Shown here one piece after another: positions 1 through 10,305 of a stretch of DNA of 64,000 nucleotides; position 1 is the stretch's first letter, and every line of letters starts with the position of its first letter. The notes under the pieces are model-generated. The model made no database searches. It saw only the letters and a program-made list of their open reading frames with translations, and was not told where the DNA came from. The stretch is from the NCBI RefSeq assembly GCF_018350175.1, contig NC_058369.1, positions 101,494,001 to 101,558,000 of the forward strand, read 5' to 3'. Origin of the DNA: Felis catus (lineage: Eukaryota). The position numbers and the translations under genes were made by a program.

Positions 1-119
1 TAGATTTTCCTATATTTTCCGGCTAGAATGGTGAGGGCACTGATCTTGAATATATAGTCTGATATATGGAGAGGAATATTAACACAATAGAATGATAACG
101 GTCAAGTACAACCGTAATG

Positions 120-300
120 ATTACTAGTTATTGAGCATCTGGTAGATACACCAGGCCACATAACAACTCTTTACGTGTTTCATGTGAAGTAATTGAAGCA
201 AACATCTCAAGTTCAGATGGTATTACACCCATTTGACCGAATATGGAAACTGAAGTTGCAAGAAATGAAAAGACACGTCTAAAGTTTCCCAGCTGGAGGC
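120..300 (-). mobile_element. Degenerate MIR SINE
   Basis: ttattgagcat...cccatttgaccgaatatggaaactgaagt resembles the reverse-complement MIR core. Confidence 0.5.
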
Positions 301-574
301 CATTTTGCATACATTGGACCTCCCTGAGCCAAGCCGCTTGTCCATGTTTGACTACCTTGTGTTCAGAGACAGAAAAGGTATTGATAATATGTAATTTATT
401 TGGCTCAGAAATGTTTGTGCTTTTAAATTTGAATTAGCTATCTTTTGGCAGTTTGTGATTTGTAACGTGATGGAAGATAGTAAAACTCCACTCAAATTAG
501 TATGACTATTTTGATTTAATCTTCTCTGATCACTCTCCATTTCATACTACACATGGATGCCTATTTTTCTTATA

Positions 575-815
575 TTTAACAAACATGTATATAGCCCAGG
601 TGTGCATCAGGTGCTGCCCTGAGTATTTATGAAAATGAATTCATTTAATGCTCGCAGTATCTCCATGGGGATGTAGGTATTAATTTATCCCCATTTTACA
701 GATAAGATAACCGAGGCACAGAGACATGAAGTGACTTGCTCAATTACAGGTAGAAAGCGGCCAAGCCGGGATTTGAACCCAGTCACTTTGGCTTCAGAGT
801 TTGTGCTCTTCACTG
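575..815 (-). mobile_element. MIR SINE
   Basis: ccccattttacagataagataaccgaggcacagaga...aagtgacttgc...ggatttgaacccag: reverse-complement MIR core and tRNA head. Confidence 0.85.
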
Positions 816-989
816 TCTGTTTTTCAGATTTTATAGAATATGGTGAAAGCAATAATTGTTTGAAACTTCTTGCTGGACTGAGAAGTGTAAAAGGGTAAAT
901 AGAGATAATAAATAATGTAAATAAAATACTTAGTAAGAATAATAACCCCCAATAAGACCTTGGAATTCTTTGTTAAAAATGGAAGAAGA

Positions 990-1200
990 GGGACGTTTAG
1001 GTGTCTCACTCTGTTAAGTGTCTGACTCTAGATTTCAGCTGAGGTCATGATCTCATGGTTCATGGGATGGAGCCCCACATAGGGCTGTGCACTCACAGCG
1101 TGGAGCCTGCTTGGGATTCTCTCTCTCCCTGTCTCTCTGCCCCTCCTCAGCTGGCATGCATGCTCTCTCTCTCTCAAAATACATAAACTTCAAAAAAAAA
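990..1200 (+). mobile_element. CAN-SINE (older SINEC_Fc-like)
   Basis: tRNA-derived head, ggtcatgatctc, gagcctgcttgggattctctctc, (CT)n tract, A-rich tail. Confidence 0.92.
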
Positions 1201-1889
1201 TCGGAGATGAATTTTGAAAACAGCTATAATTGTGTTAAAATCCAGTTGAGCCTCCTACTTTGTAGGGTCTGTTTGATGTTGTACCAGCTTTTCTTTATGG
1301 ATATAGCTGACCAGTGTGCACATAGTGTCATCATTGTTTCCTGTGTTGTACCGCTAGTTACGTTACTTCCACTAATGAACAAGCATTGAACTCTGTGATG
1401 ACTATTTCATGTCATGTCCACTTACATGTATCATGGCCTTAGCGCGTATGTTATAAATGAGAGACATTTCCTTTGGACATACGGGACAAATGAGGCTTTT
1501 AGAGTTGTTAGGTTAAAATAGGACTGATGTTTCTATAGCTTTAGAGAGAGAGAGGCTGGATGCATCAATTGAAACAATGGATTGATAACACTACAACCGA
1601 AGAAGTTTCTGAAGAAGACTTAGAAGTTTTTGATTAATTAAGATTTCAACTTAGATGAATTTCAGTTTTGGCAAACACAAAGACTAAGCGATCCGAGCTG
1701 TGCAGTGTGGGAAAGTCCAGGAATGTAAATTAGACTTTGCTATGAGACGTTCTAGAAGTGTACTCAGCCTAAAATTGAATATTTATGTAGGAGTGGAGTG
1801 ACAGGTGGTCACTACCCCAGCTCCTCTGGGGGTGGATTAAGGACCTTTGGTTTAAGCTGGATCTTCTAACTACTCTGTTTACCTGTAAT

Positions 1890-3170
1890 CAGTCAAGTTT
1901 AGCAGGAGCTAATTTATTGGATTTAGGTTTCAGGGCCCCTTCCTTACACCAGCCGCTTCCAAGGATTTGGGAGGGTCTCTGGTTCTGTGTTCGCATGGCC
2001 ATATTATTTTGCAAAATTTTCAAAAATTCTTCAGAATTTGAGGATATTTAAACCACACGGTTAAAACTGCTGTCTCTACCCTGACCCTCCTTCCATCACT
2101 TTGCTCACCTGCTGCATTGCTTTGGCGTGATCACAGGCATTGTTGCAATCTGGCTAGAGGGAAGTTGAATTGGGAATAAATATGTAACTTTAACTTCAGC
2201 TTGAAAGATGGTTTGGAATGTTTCAATCAGACAACTGAGAAATCACAGATTCCTAATTTAGACAAATATGAAGAGTTACTTTATTTTTTACCTTAACCTT
2301 TATTTATTAAAGAACTGAGAACATTCAGATAATAGAACATAAAATTAAAGCAATAAAGGTGAATGATGAAATAGAAATTATTCTGATGGCAAAAAGTATA
2401 TTATACCCCCCAAAAAAATCAGATTCTCCCCAAAGCAGTAATTCAAAAAGAGCTAACTTTTGAACAGAAGTAGCAAGTAGGCTCGATGAATTGTCTGAAA
2501 ATGCAGTTAATGAAGAAGAATGAATCCTATGAATCCCTTGGGGAAAGAGCTGTGTTGCTTGGCTGACTTGACCACAAAATACAAACACAGAAAAAGATAA
2601 CATAAAACTTGATAATATGTGTCGATAATGAGCTTTATAGTTCACCAATGTCTTCAATTCAAAGAGTATTTAGGAGTACTCCCCACATAAGAAACTTTGA
2701 AAGTTTGCAGTTTATATATGAAAAGAAATTGTATGGAAGTTTCTCCAAATTTGACAATGGTCCTAAAAATTTACCTGACAGTTGTGAAGTTACAAGATTT
2801 CTTAAACATATATTTGTAAACAATAAGATTTCTATACCCAAAATAGAAGAAACCCCAAATTCTTCTTTCTTTTTTCGTGTGGAACGTTATATCACAAAAT
2901 TGGTATTAGCCAAAATGTGCAAAGTCAGAAGTTTAAGGAAGGAAGTGTTAGAAAAGTGTGCCAGATGATTGATTAATAAAAAAGAGGGTAGTATTCCTCT
3001 GGATTTTGTGAAGTTTGTGCTATTTTCAGTTGTTTACAATTTAACTTTTGGTCATTTTTCTTAATCTGCGTGTGTTATCATTTGTATCTAATTTTGTGTT
3101 CCTAACTTTGTATTCTTCATCTTTAAAAGGGCTCTAAAACTGTAAGCTTCAGACCCCACACCACCTGTCT
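1890..3170 (+). mobile_element. Zaphod/MER115-type hAT-Tip100 DNA transposon, internally deleted, with transposase C-terminal remnant
   Basis: 5' part ttcagggccccttcc...ttccaagg...ggctagagggaagttgaattggg; 3' end aaaagggctctaaaactgtaagcttcagaccccaca. 2700-2900 translates, with frameshifts, LQFIYEKKL / EVSPNLTMVLKIYLT / SCEVTRFLKHIFVNNK, like a hATC dimerisation domain (EVFPNL...SCEAERxFSKL). Confidence 0.8.
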
Positions 3171-3334
3171 GTAGTTGATAGTTTGTAATGTGAAAAAATA
3201 TCATGCAGCACACGTATTCCCAAATGCCTAGCATGAGACGTAGAAGCTCCCTCCCCCACCCCCCATTTCTCAGCTCAGAAGAAAACCTGTAAGAAAGGTT
3301 TAACTTTTCCTGTGTATTTTCTTCAGATGTTTAG

Positions 3335-3580
3335 ATCTGTTTTGTCCAATAAAGTAGACACTAGGCACACGTGGCTATGCAGCCCTTTAAGTGTGACTAA
3401 GGTACTGAATTTTTAACTTAATGTAAATTCCATTTAATTTCATTAAAATTTAATTTAATGAATTTAAATTGAAATGTGAAACCACTACCCAATTCACTGA
3501 TTAAAAATACTGCTAAATATGTTTAGAACAACTTGGGTATGTTAATTTACTTCAGCCATGAATTTTGTGAAATCTATATG
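3335..3580. mobile_element. hAT-Charlie (Charlie1/MER33-family) fragment
   Basis: tgtccaata..gtagacactaggcacacgtggctat...ctgaatttttaa...tatgtttagaacaacttgggtatg. Confidence 0.7.
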
Positions 3581-3816
3581 ACACTGGTGTGCACCTTTAT
3601 GTGTGTGCACGCGTGCGTGTGTGCACATGTGTGATGCGTATACACTTTTTTCCACAAAGGATAATACTCTGCATACACTATTCTACATCTTAGTTTTTTT
3701 AACTTAATTATATGTTTTGCTCACTAACTTACAGATATCTCTATTATTAGCTGCATAATATTCTTTTCTATTTGTATGATCTTTTTTTCCCACATAGATG
3801 CTGGAGTGATTTTTTA

Positions 3817-4028
3817 AATAATTTTTCTAAGTTTACTCATTTATTTTGAGAGAGACAGAGAAGAGAGCTCGAGCAGGGGATGGTAAGAGAGAGAGAAGGA
3901 GAGAGGAATCCCAAGCAGGCTCTGTACAGAGCCCGATGTGGGGCTGGAACTCACAAAACTATGAGATCCTCACCTGAGCCAAACTCAAAGCGTCAGATGC
4001 TTAAGCGACTGAGCCACCCAGGTGGCCC
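3817..4028 (-). mobile_element. CAN-SINE with TSD tggagtgattttt
   Basis: Reverse SINEC body ending gactgagccacccaggtggccc; flanking direct repeats near 3802 and 4029. Confidence 0.95.
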
Positions 4029-4039
4029 TGGAGTGATTT

Positions 4040-4160
4040 TTTTTTTTTAATCTAAGTGAGATCATGTCACTCCTGTGTTTAAAACCCTTCCATGGCTTCA
4101 GATCACTCTCAAAATAAAATCCCAAGTCTTTAGTATGTCTCTAAGGCCTGACCTGCTGTG
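4040..4160 (+). mobile_element. L2 fragment
   Basis: gatcatgtcactcctgtgtttaaaacccttccatggctt...aaaatcccaagtcttt. Confidence 0.65.
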
Positions 4161-5449
4161 TCCTCTCTCTGTTCTCCTGCTAAGTTCAGGGTAGCATGTG
4201 CATCTGTTAATGTGTAGATGGGGATTAAACACAGGTACTTGAGTCTTTTTTTAAAAAACTCTGTCAGGAATGTCACCAGTAAAACAAAGTCTCTTTATTA
4301 ATCAAATGTAAAGTCTTACTTAGTTCCTCACTTATCTGACCACCACCAGCTCCTCTTAAAGCAAAGAAATCCGGTGTTTTCCTCCCCAATAGCACTCACT
4401 GGAGGAAAAATAAACCTTGTTAACCAGAGTAAAAAATGTTGCAGGCACTCTGTAATCAAGAGCACATTTGAGGGAGGAAATGGTGTTATGGCAGATAGTT
4501 GAAGTACACTGTGTCTTAAGAACTTGGTGCTTCTTTATTGCTAGATTAAATTTCAGAATTGAGAGTCTAAATTTTCCTTTTCACATCTGGTGACACTTTT
4601 TTTAATCAGTGTGCAAAAGGAGAAAAATCTGTCTGCCTTCTCTCCATGCCTCTAACTGCCGTCCAGCCTATGCCAGACTTAAGGAAAAGCCTTTTACGTT
4701 GGCAAGCAAACTCCAAAATGGTTTCCAAGCCTATTAAAAGTAAAGGAAGAGTTTTGCAGAAAAACTTGAGGAAAAAAAAATTTTTTATTGGAGCGGTACA
4801 AAATAAGAAGCAACTTTTAAAATTAAACAATGAAAAATAAAAATGTGTTGGCTCACAGTGCGTGTAATGTTGCTGTTCTGGTGCCACCAGAGTAAGGCAG
4901 ACTCCTGTGACCTATTAAAACTTAAAATTTAGGAATGTAGAATTTTGGAGGATTTATGATTATTGACAGCTAAAGGGATTATGGTGCAAGGTACGGTGAT
5001 AGTTAGAAACACATGGACTGGAGCACATTTATCACTGAATGAATGTGCTGGATGAACAAATGAATAAACAAGGGAACCATGTTGCTTTCAGTAAGTAGCG
5101 TGTGTTAAGAGCATCGTGGGCTGGGAGAAGGGGACTGAAGAAATCAGGAATGAGTGAAGCAGAGAGAAAAGAATATGAAGTGATTGCAGAGAAGCAGTGA
5201 GCTCTAAACTGAGGGTGGTATGAAATAGGACGCCAGGGGGTGAAGACAATGATTGAAAAATGAAAAGATAGCCATTTATGTGTGAGTCTGGGCAAGTGGC
5301 CACTTCACTTTGAAGTTGCTAGAACTTTTCAGACTCTGGTTTTAATGAAATCAGGAGTGAGGGCATGTGGAGGACTGACAGAAAACAAGCTCGTCAAGGT
5401 GTTCAGAGAAGTTGAGAATTAAAGTGTAAGTAGGTCTGGTCGGAATGTG

Positions 5450-5645
5450 TTTAACACTGTTCATGAAGAAAGTGACAGAAAATCCAGCTGATCCTGGCTT
5501 AGCTGAAAAGGGGCATTCATTGTCTCTCATCAAACAGCCCATGGCTTGGGCTGACTTGAGGCTTGTCCTGATGCAGGTTCTGACAATGGTCCTCGTTGTG
5601 GAGGGCTGATACTCCTCTGGCGGATGGATGGCTGTAGCTGTTACA
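5450..5645 (-). mobile_element. MLT1J/K-like ERVL-MaLR LTR fragment
   Basis: aagtgacagaaaatccagc..ctggcttagctgaaaaggggcattcattg..gatggctgtagc. Confidence 0.55.
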
Positions 5646-5689
5646 TAGTTCTTTGGTGTATGTGCTAGTCCCTATTGCGTCCCACACTA

Positions 5690-5840
5690 TGGGAGTGTCT
5701 TGATCAACAAATTTTTAATTTTAATGTTGAATTATATATTTCCATATAGTGTTGAATTTTAACCTTTTGGTTAAACATTTTGTGGGTCCTGTGCAAGTAA
5801 TCCTTGCCAACCGAAGATGGAGAAAATATTCCCTTATTTA
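5690..5840 (-). mobile_element. Old L1M fragment
   Basis: tgatcaacaaatttttaattttaatg...ttttgtgggtcctgtgcaagtaatccttgccaacc. Confidence 0.55.
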
Positions 5841-6194
5841 TCTTAACTAAAGAAGACCCAGCTGTTGGACCAATGACATTTAGAGTTCTAGTCTGCTCAG
5901 AATTCCTTGTAGGTTTCTGGGTGATGCTGTGTAGCGCAAGTTGGGGACCACTGGCTTACATGCTGCTGAAAGTCTTCCCAGGATTGCTGGGTACTACCAC
6001 ATCACGGGGTACCTGCTCACCCCAGAAGAAATGATGAGTTCGACTGAACACCTGCATATTGACAGGTTTTGTGGCAAAGTAATATGCATTAAAAGTTTTT
6101 GTTTTAAATGAGTAAAACTTTGCCTTTCTTTGAGAGAGGAGTTATTACTTGTATTAAGAGAGAATGATAAGAATGTATTAGTGGTTGGTTAAAA

Positions 6195-6446
6195 AAAAGA
6201 AAGGAAGTTAGGAAGGAAGGGAAGTAGAAAGGAGGGAGGAAGGTAGGAAGGAAGGTAGATAGGAAGGTAAGTAGGAAGGAAGGAAGGGAAGTGGGAAGGA
6301 AGGTGGGAAGGCAGGAAGGAAGGTAGGAAGGATGGCAGGAAGGAAGGTAGGAAGCATGGCAGGAAGGTAGGAAGGAAGGATGGTAGGAAGGTAGGAAGGA
6401 AGGTAGGAAGGAAGGAAGGAAGGTAGGAAGGAAGGTAGGAAGGAAA
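6195..6446 (+). repeat. Compound (GGAA)n/(GGAAGGTA)n purine-rich microsatellite
   Basis: About 250 nt of GGAA/GGTA units; explains the PSFL-repeat ORFs at 6104-6481. Confidence 0.98.
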
Positions 6447-6944
6447 CTCCAGAGAGGTGTCTCTTCATAAGCAGTGATCAATTATATTGGGTAGTCAAGG
6501 TGTCTTCTTAGATTCTGAGGTTTTGAAACTCCTTAACTTCAGGACTCTTGATCCTTTATTTTTGACATTGTTGCACACTATGAGGTATCCAAGATGTGAG
6601 AAAATAAAATTATTCCAGATGGTGCCTCTTTTTCATTTTTTAGAATGTTTCCATCTAATCCTCTCCCACAAAAGAAAAATTCCCCTTGGAATTGCTTCTG
6701 TTATTATTTGTATTCGTTTTTAACCTTGACAACCATGTGGACATAGTACAGGTGGTTTTGTAGGAGAGCGATCTATAAAGTAAGTTCTTTGTGCTGTGCT
6801 GCAGAAGGGGAAATACTTCAATCACCACAGCAAAGCTGCTTTAAAGTAATTGAACATGTTTTGCAGCCAGATGTAAATGAAGTAACTTTTTTTGAAGATG
6901 GGTTAATTTACAGATATCTGATCATTATACTTTTGGGTAGACAG

Positions 6945-7175
6945 AAAGGCAGAGTAACACTGATTACGTGTCGGGGTCTGGCTAGGTTCCCAGCTCCACC
7001 ACTTGCTAGCTGTGTGGCCTTGGCAAGCCCTTTCGCCTCTCTGAAATGAACATGATAGGAGTCCCCACCTTGTAGGGGCGTTCTGCGGATTGAATAGAGA
7101 ATGCGGAGAATGCAGATAGCTCCAGGCTATCCGTGCCTGCTACACAGTACGTTCTCCTTGAATCCTAGTTATGTT
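6945..7175 (+). mobile_element. MIR SINE
   Basis: cccagctccaccacttgctagctgtgtggccttggcaag. Confidence 0.8.
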
Positions 7176-7303
7176 GTTGATTCTGCTGCTGCCATCATCC
7201 CAGGAGGTGCAGCAGGGTCTTGGTGGTGTTTGATCTTACCTCCTTTTGGTCCATCCACAGTGAAGGCTTTGGGGTTGTGAGGCACTCTTAGAAATTAACA
7301 TGC

Positions 7304-7510
7304 GGGGTGCCTGGGTGGCTTCATTGGTTAAGCATCGACTTTGGCTCAGGTCATGATCTCACCGCTCTTGAGTTCGAGCCCGACATGGGGCTCTTTGCTG
7401 ACAGCTCAGAGCCTGGAGCCCTCTTCGGATTCTGTGTCTCCCTCTCTCTGCCCCTCCCCTGCTCATGCTCTGTCTCTGAAAAATAAAGAAACATTAAATT
7501 TTTTTTTAAA
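7304..7510 (+). mobile_element. CAN-SINE (SINEC_Fc) with TSD aaattaacatgc
   Basis: ggggtgcctgggtggct head; TSD at 7292-7303 and 7511-7522. Confidence 0.97.
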
Positions 7511-7825
7511 AAATTAACATGCAAAAATTGGGGGAAGGGGCTGGAGTGTGATTTATTTAAAATTGTTTTAAAAATGTGTTTGCTTATGTGGGTTTTTTGT
7601 TTGTTTTTGTTATGTTATTTTGAGAACCAGAAACTTCTTTGCTTCCTGTCTCTCATATCATAGCCTATCCCAGTGGTTTTGAACCCCTCAGCAGTGGGGT
7701 TGACTTTACAACTGTTATTTCTGTTTTATGCAGAATTTTTATAGTGACTATCTCAAAAGACAAAAGTGGAAGAGAAGTTTTTATGGGTCTCTTGCTCTTT
7801 TTTTTTTTTACCTTGTAATATTCTT

Positions 7826-8053
7826 TTTGTTTAAAAAAAATTTTTTTTTACATTAATTTTATTTTTGAGAGACAGAGACGGAGCACAAGCGGGGCAGGGG
7901 CAGAGAGAGAGAGAGGGAGACACAGAAACAGAAGCAGGCTCCAGGCTCTGAGCGGTCAGCACAGAGCCCGACGCGGGGCTCGAACTCAAGAATGGTGAGA
8001 TCATGATCTGGGCTGAAGTTGGATGCTTAACCAACTAAGCCACCCAGGTGCCT
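7826..8053 (-). mobile_element. CAN-SINE (SINEC_Fc) with TSD taccttg(t/g)aatattctt
   Basis: Reverse SINEC body; 17-nt TSD with one mismatch at 7809 and 8054. Confidence 0.97.
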
Positions 8054-8069
8054 TACCTTGGAATATTCT

Positions 8070-8530
8070 TATAAGGTAATAAAGCTTTACAGTTATAAAG
8101 TAGAATACAACATGCATCCATGTCCCCGCCACTAGGTTCAGGAACAACATTATGGATGGATACCACAGAAGCTGCTTGTATACACCTTCAACCCCTAGAG
8201 AGGTAGCCACTCATCCACATGCCATTTTCTTATACCGCATACTATGTATAATTCCAAACTGTATATAGTATTGTTTTCCTAATTTTAAAAGTTTATATAA
8301 GTGCTGTCATTTTTGTTGCCTTCTGCTGCAATTTGCTTTCTTTAACATAGTGTTGTGTTTGTCAAGTTCCTCTATGTTGATGGGAACTCTCAGTCATTTA
8401 AGCTGTTGTAAGGTATTTCTGTGCATGAAGATAGCATAGTTTATTTATCCCTTCTCGTGGCAGTAGACATTTACACACTCTCTTACAGACCATGTTGCCA
8501 TCAGTGTTTCTATACATGTTGTACTTCACA
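8070..8530 (-). mobile_element. L1ME-type 3' fragment
   Basis: ttttaaaagtttatataagtg...ttctgctgcaatttgctttcttt...tttatttatccc...gtagacattt. Confidence 0.65.
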
Positions 8531-9319
8531 GATCTATGTAGCTTAGGTTTTGTTTTGTTTGTTTTTCTACAGGGAGTGAATTCTTTTTAGTCTGGTCACG
8601 TTTTGTGGGCCTCATTATTTTAGTCATCAAAATAAGTCTGAACTACATCTTTTCTGTCTTTTCTAGCTCAAAATTACACTTTTTATATGGGTTATTTAAA
8701 CTGGATAGTTGAATCATTGGATTTTAATTAGTATAATTTCCCAGTCCCATTAGTGTGTCTCTGCAGTATTTTCTGTAGGAAATAAATTTTACTGATGGAA
8801 GGGAAAGTTCCATTTTGAACATTTTTGAGGACAAAATATATGCAATATTAGAAATTATCATTAAGCATGATGACACAAGACACTCAATTTTTCTACCCAG
8901 TTTTGTTTCTTTCCTGGAATCCAGAATAATTACAAAAGCTAATAATTTAGAGTAAACATGACTCTACACATATGTAAAATATGTTGTCTACACGTAGATC
9001 AGTCCCTTACCTGATTCCTCCAGAGGTCGAGTCACATTGAATATTTTGTTTCCTCTTTAAACTTGAATGAGAATTCATATGGCCAAAGCATTCTACTATT
9101 CCCTTGGCCTTTTTCTCTCTTCTTCTTACATAAATGAAAACCTAGTGTAAGGTGACGAATAGGCAAAGTCCTGTAACAAAGAAAAGGGTACTAGAGAATC
9201 TGAAGCAATGAGAGATTAAACCTGACTCAAGGGCGTGGAAAGGATTCTTGGGAGAAGGGGAATTTCAGCTGGGCCCTAAAGAATGAAGACCTTGTAGGTC
9301 TGTGACAAGCAGGAGAAGT

Positions 9320-9513
9320 GGGGACCCTCCAGATAGCCCATCTGCCAGCTGACGACCAATATCTGAGAGACTATTCGCACTACTACAGAGAACAGAAGTG
9401 CTCAGCTCTTTCCAAATTTCAGGCCCACAGATTTGTGAGGTCTGATAAAAATTGTCCTTGTTTTAAGTGCTAAGTTTGGAGTAGTTTGTTATGTACCAAT
9501 ACTTCACAGGAAT
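9320..9513 (+). mobile_element. MLT1 LTR 3' part
   Basis: ttgttttaagtgctaagtttggagtagtttgttatgtaccaata is a typical MLT1 terminus. Confidence 0.75.
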
Positions 9514-9659
9514 ACCTGCAAAAACCGAGGAGGGGAATACTTTCTTTTTGCTTTTGTTTGGTTTGTTTTGATGCTTGCTGAAGACAGTATTTAGTCATCC
9601 AAAACCTCTTCCCAAAATATACTACTGAATGTAATTTAGAACTTCTAGCAGGAAGACAG

Positions 9660-10050
9660 GGTTTGGAGAAAATTCCAGGCAGAGGAAATGGCATGGACAA
9701 AGATAGCAAAATAGGAAAGGACAGGATATATGGAAGGCAGACAGTAATAAGTTGTGACTGGGAGTAGGGTGTCTCTTGGTTAGTAGTGGATGACTAGACT
9801 GGAAAGGAAGATTAAGGACATAGTGTGAAGGGCCTTGAGCATGAGGTTGAAGAGACTATGACATAGAGCCACTGAAGGCTTCTGGGAAAGCAACGTTATA
9901 CTAGTGGAACTTTTCTTTGGGAAACTCTTCAGATACTTATGGGATAGACTCAGGTGTGGAGAAATTAAGGGATCAGGGTGGAAGCGGTTGAAAGATGTCA
10001 TAGGAGTCGGATCTGTCATGGCTGGAGCCAGAATGAATACTAGAATACAG
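9660..10050 (-). mobile_element. L2 fragment
   Basis: attccaggcagaggaaatggcatggacaaaga...gagccactgaaggcttctg. Confidence 0.65.
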
Positions 10051-10074
10051 GTGGGAAGCATTGTGAACAGAGCT

Positions 10075-10305
10075 ACCACTGACCCGCTCAGTGCATTCTG
10101 GGAATTAAAAAGATGCCCTGTCTTTAAGACATTTTACTTCCATCTGTTAGAAAATTGTTGTAATATATTTACTTAATTACAATAAGACACTTGACTGCCA
10201 TCTACTGGAAAAGTAAACCTATGCATCTATAATGTGAACACTCCTCCCTGTAGATGTGGCACTCTTGTGCAGTACACAACCTATACTACCATATCTGCAA
10301 CCGTA
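10075..10305. mobile_element. MER91/MamTip-like hAT-Tip100 non-autonomous element
   Basis: Terminus ttgtgcagtacacaacctatactaccatat resembles the MER91-type ttgtgcagtgcacaacctgcacaac. Confidence 0.5.
10195..10208 (-). promoter_or_regulatory. CTCF core motif CCAGTAGATGGCAG
   Basis: Plus strand ctgccatctactgg; exact match to CCASYAGRKGGCRS; TGCAT begins 17 nt upstream on the motif strand. Confidence 0.6.

Noticed and set aside
293-894. Possible exons 293-377 and 828-894
   Set aside because: Weak acceptor or donor, MIR-adjacent, frameshifting; typical pseudo-exons
6104-6481. PSFL/PTFL-repeat ORFs (125 and 86 aa)
   Set aside because: Translation of the GGAA microsatellite
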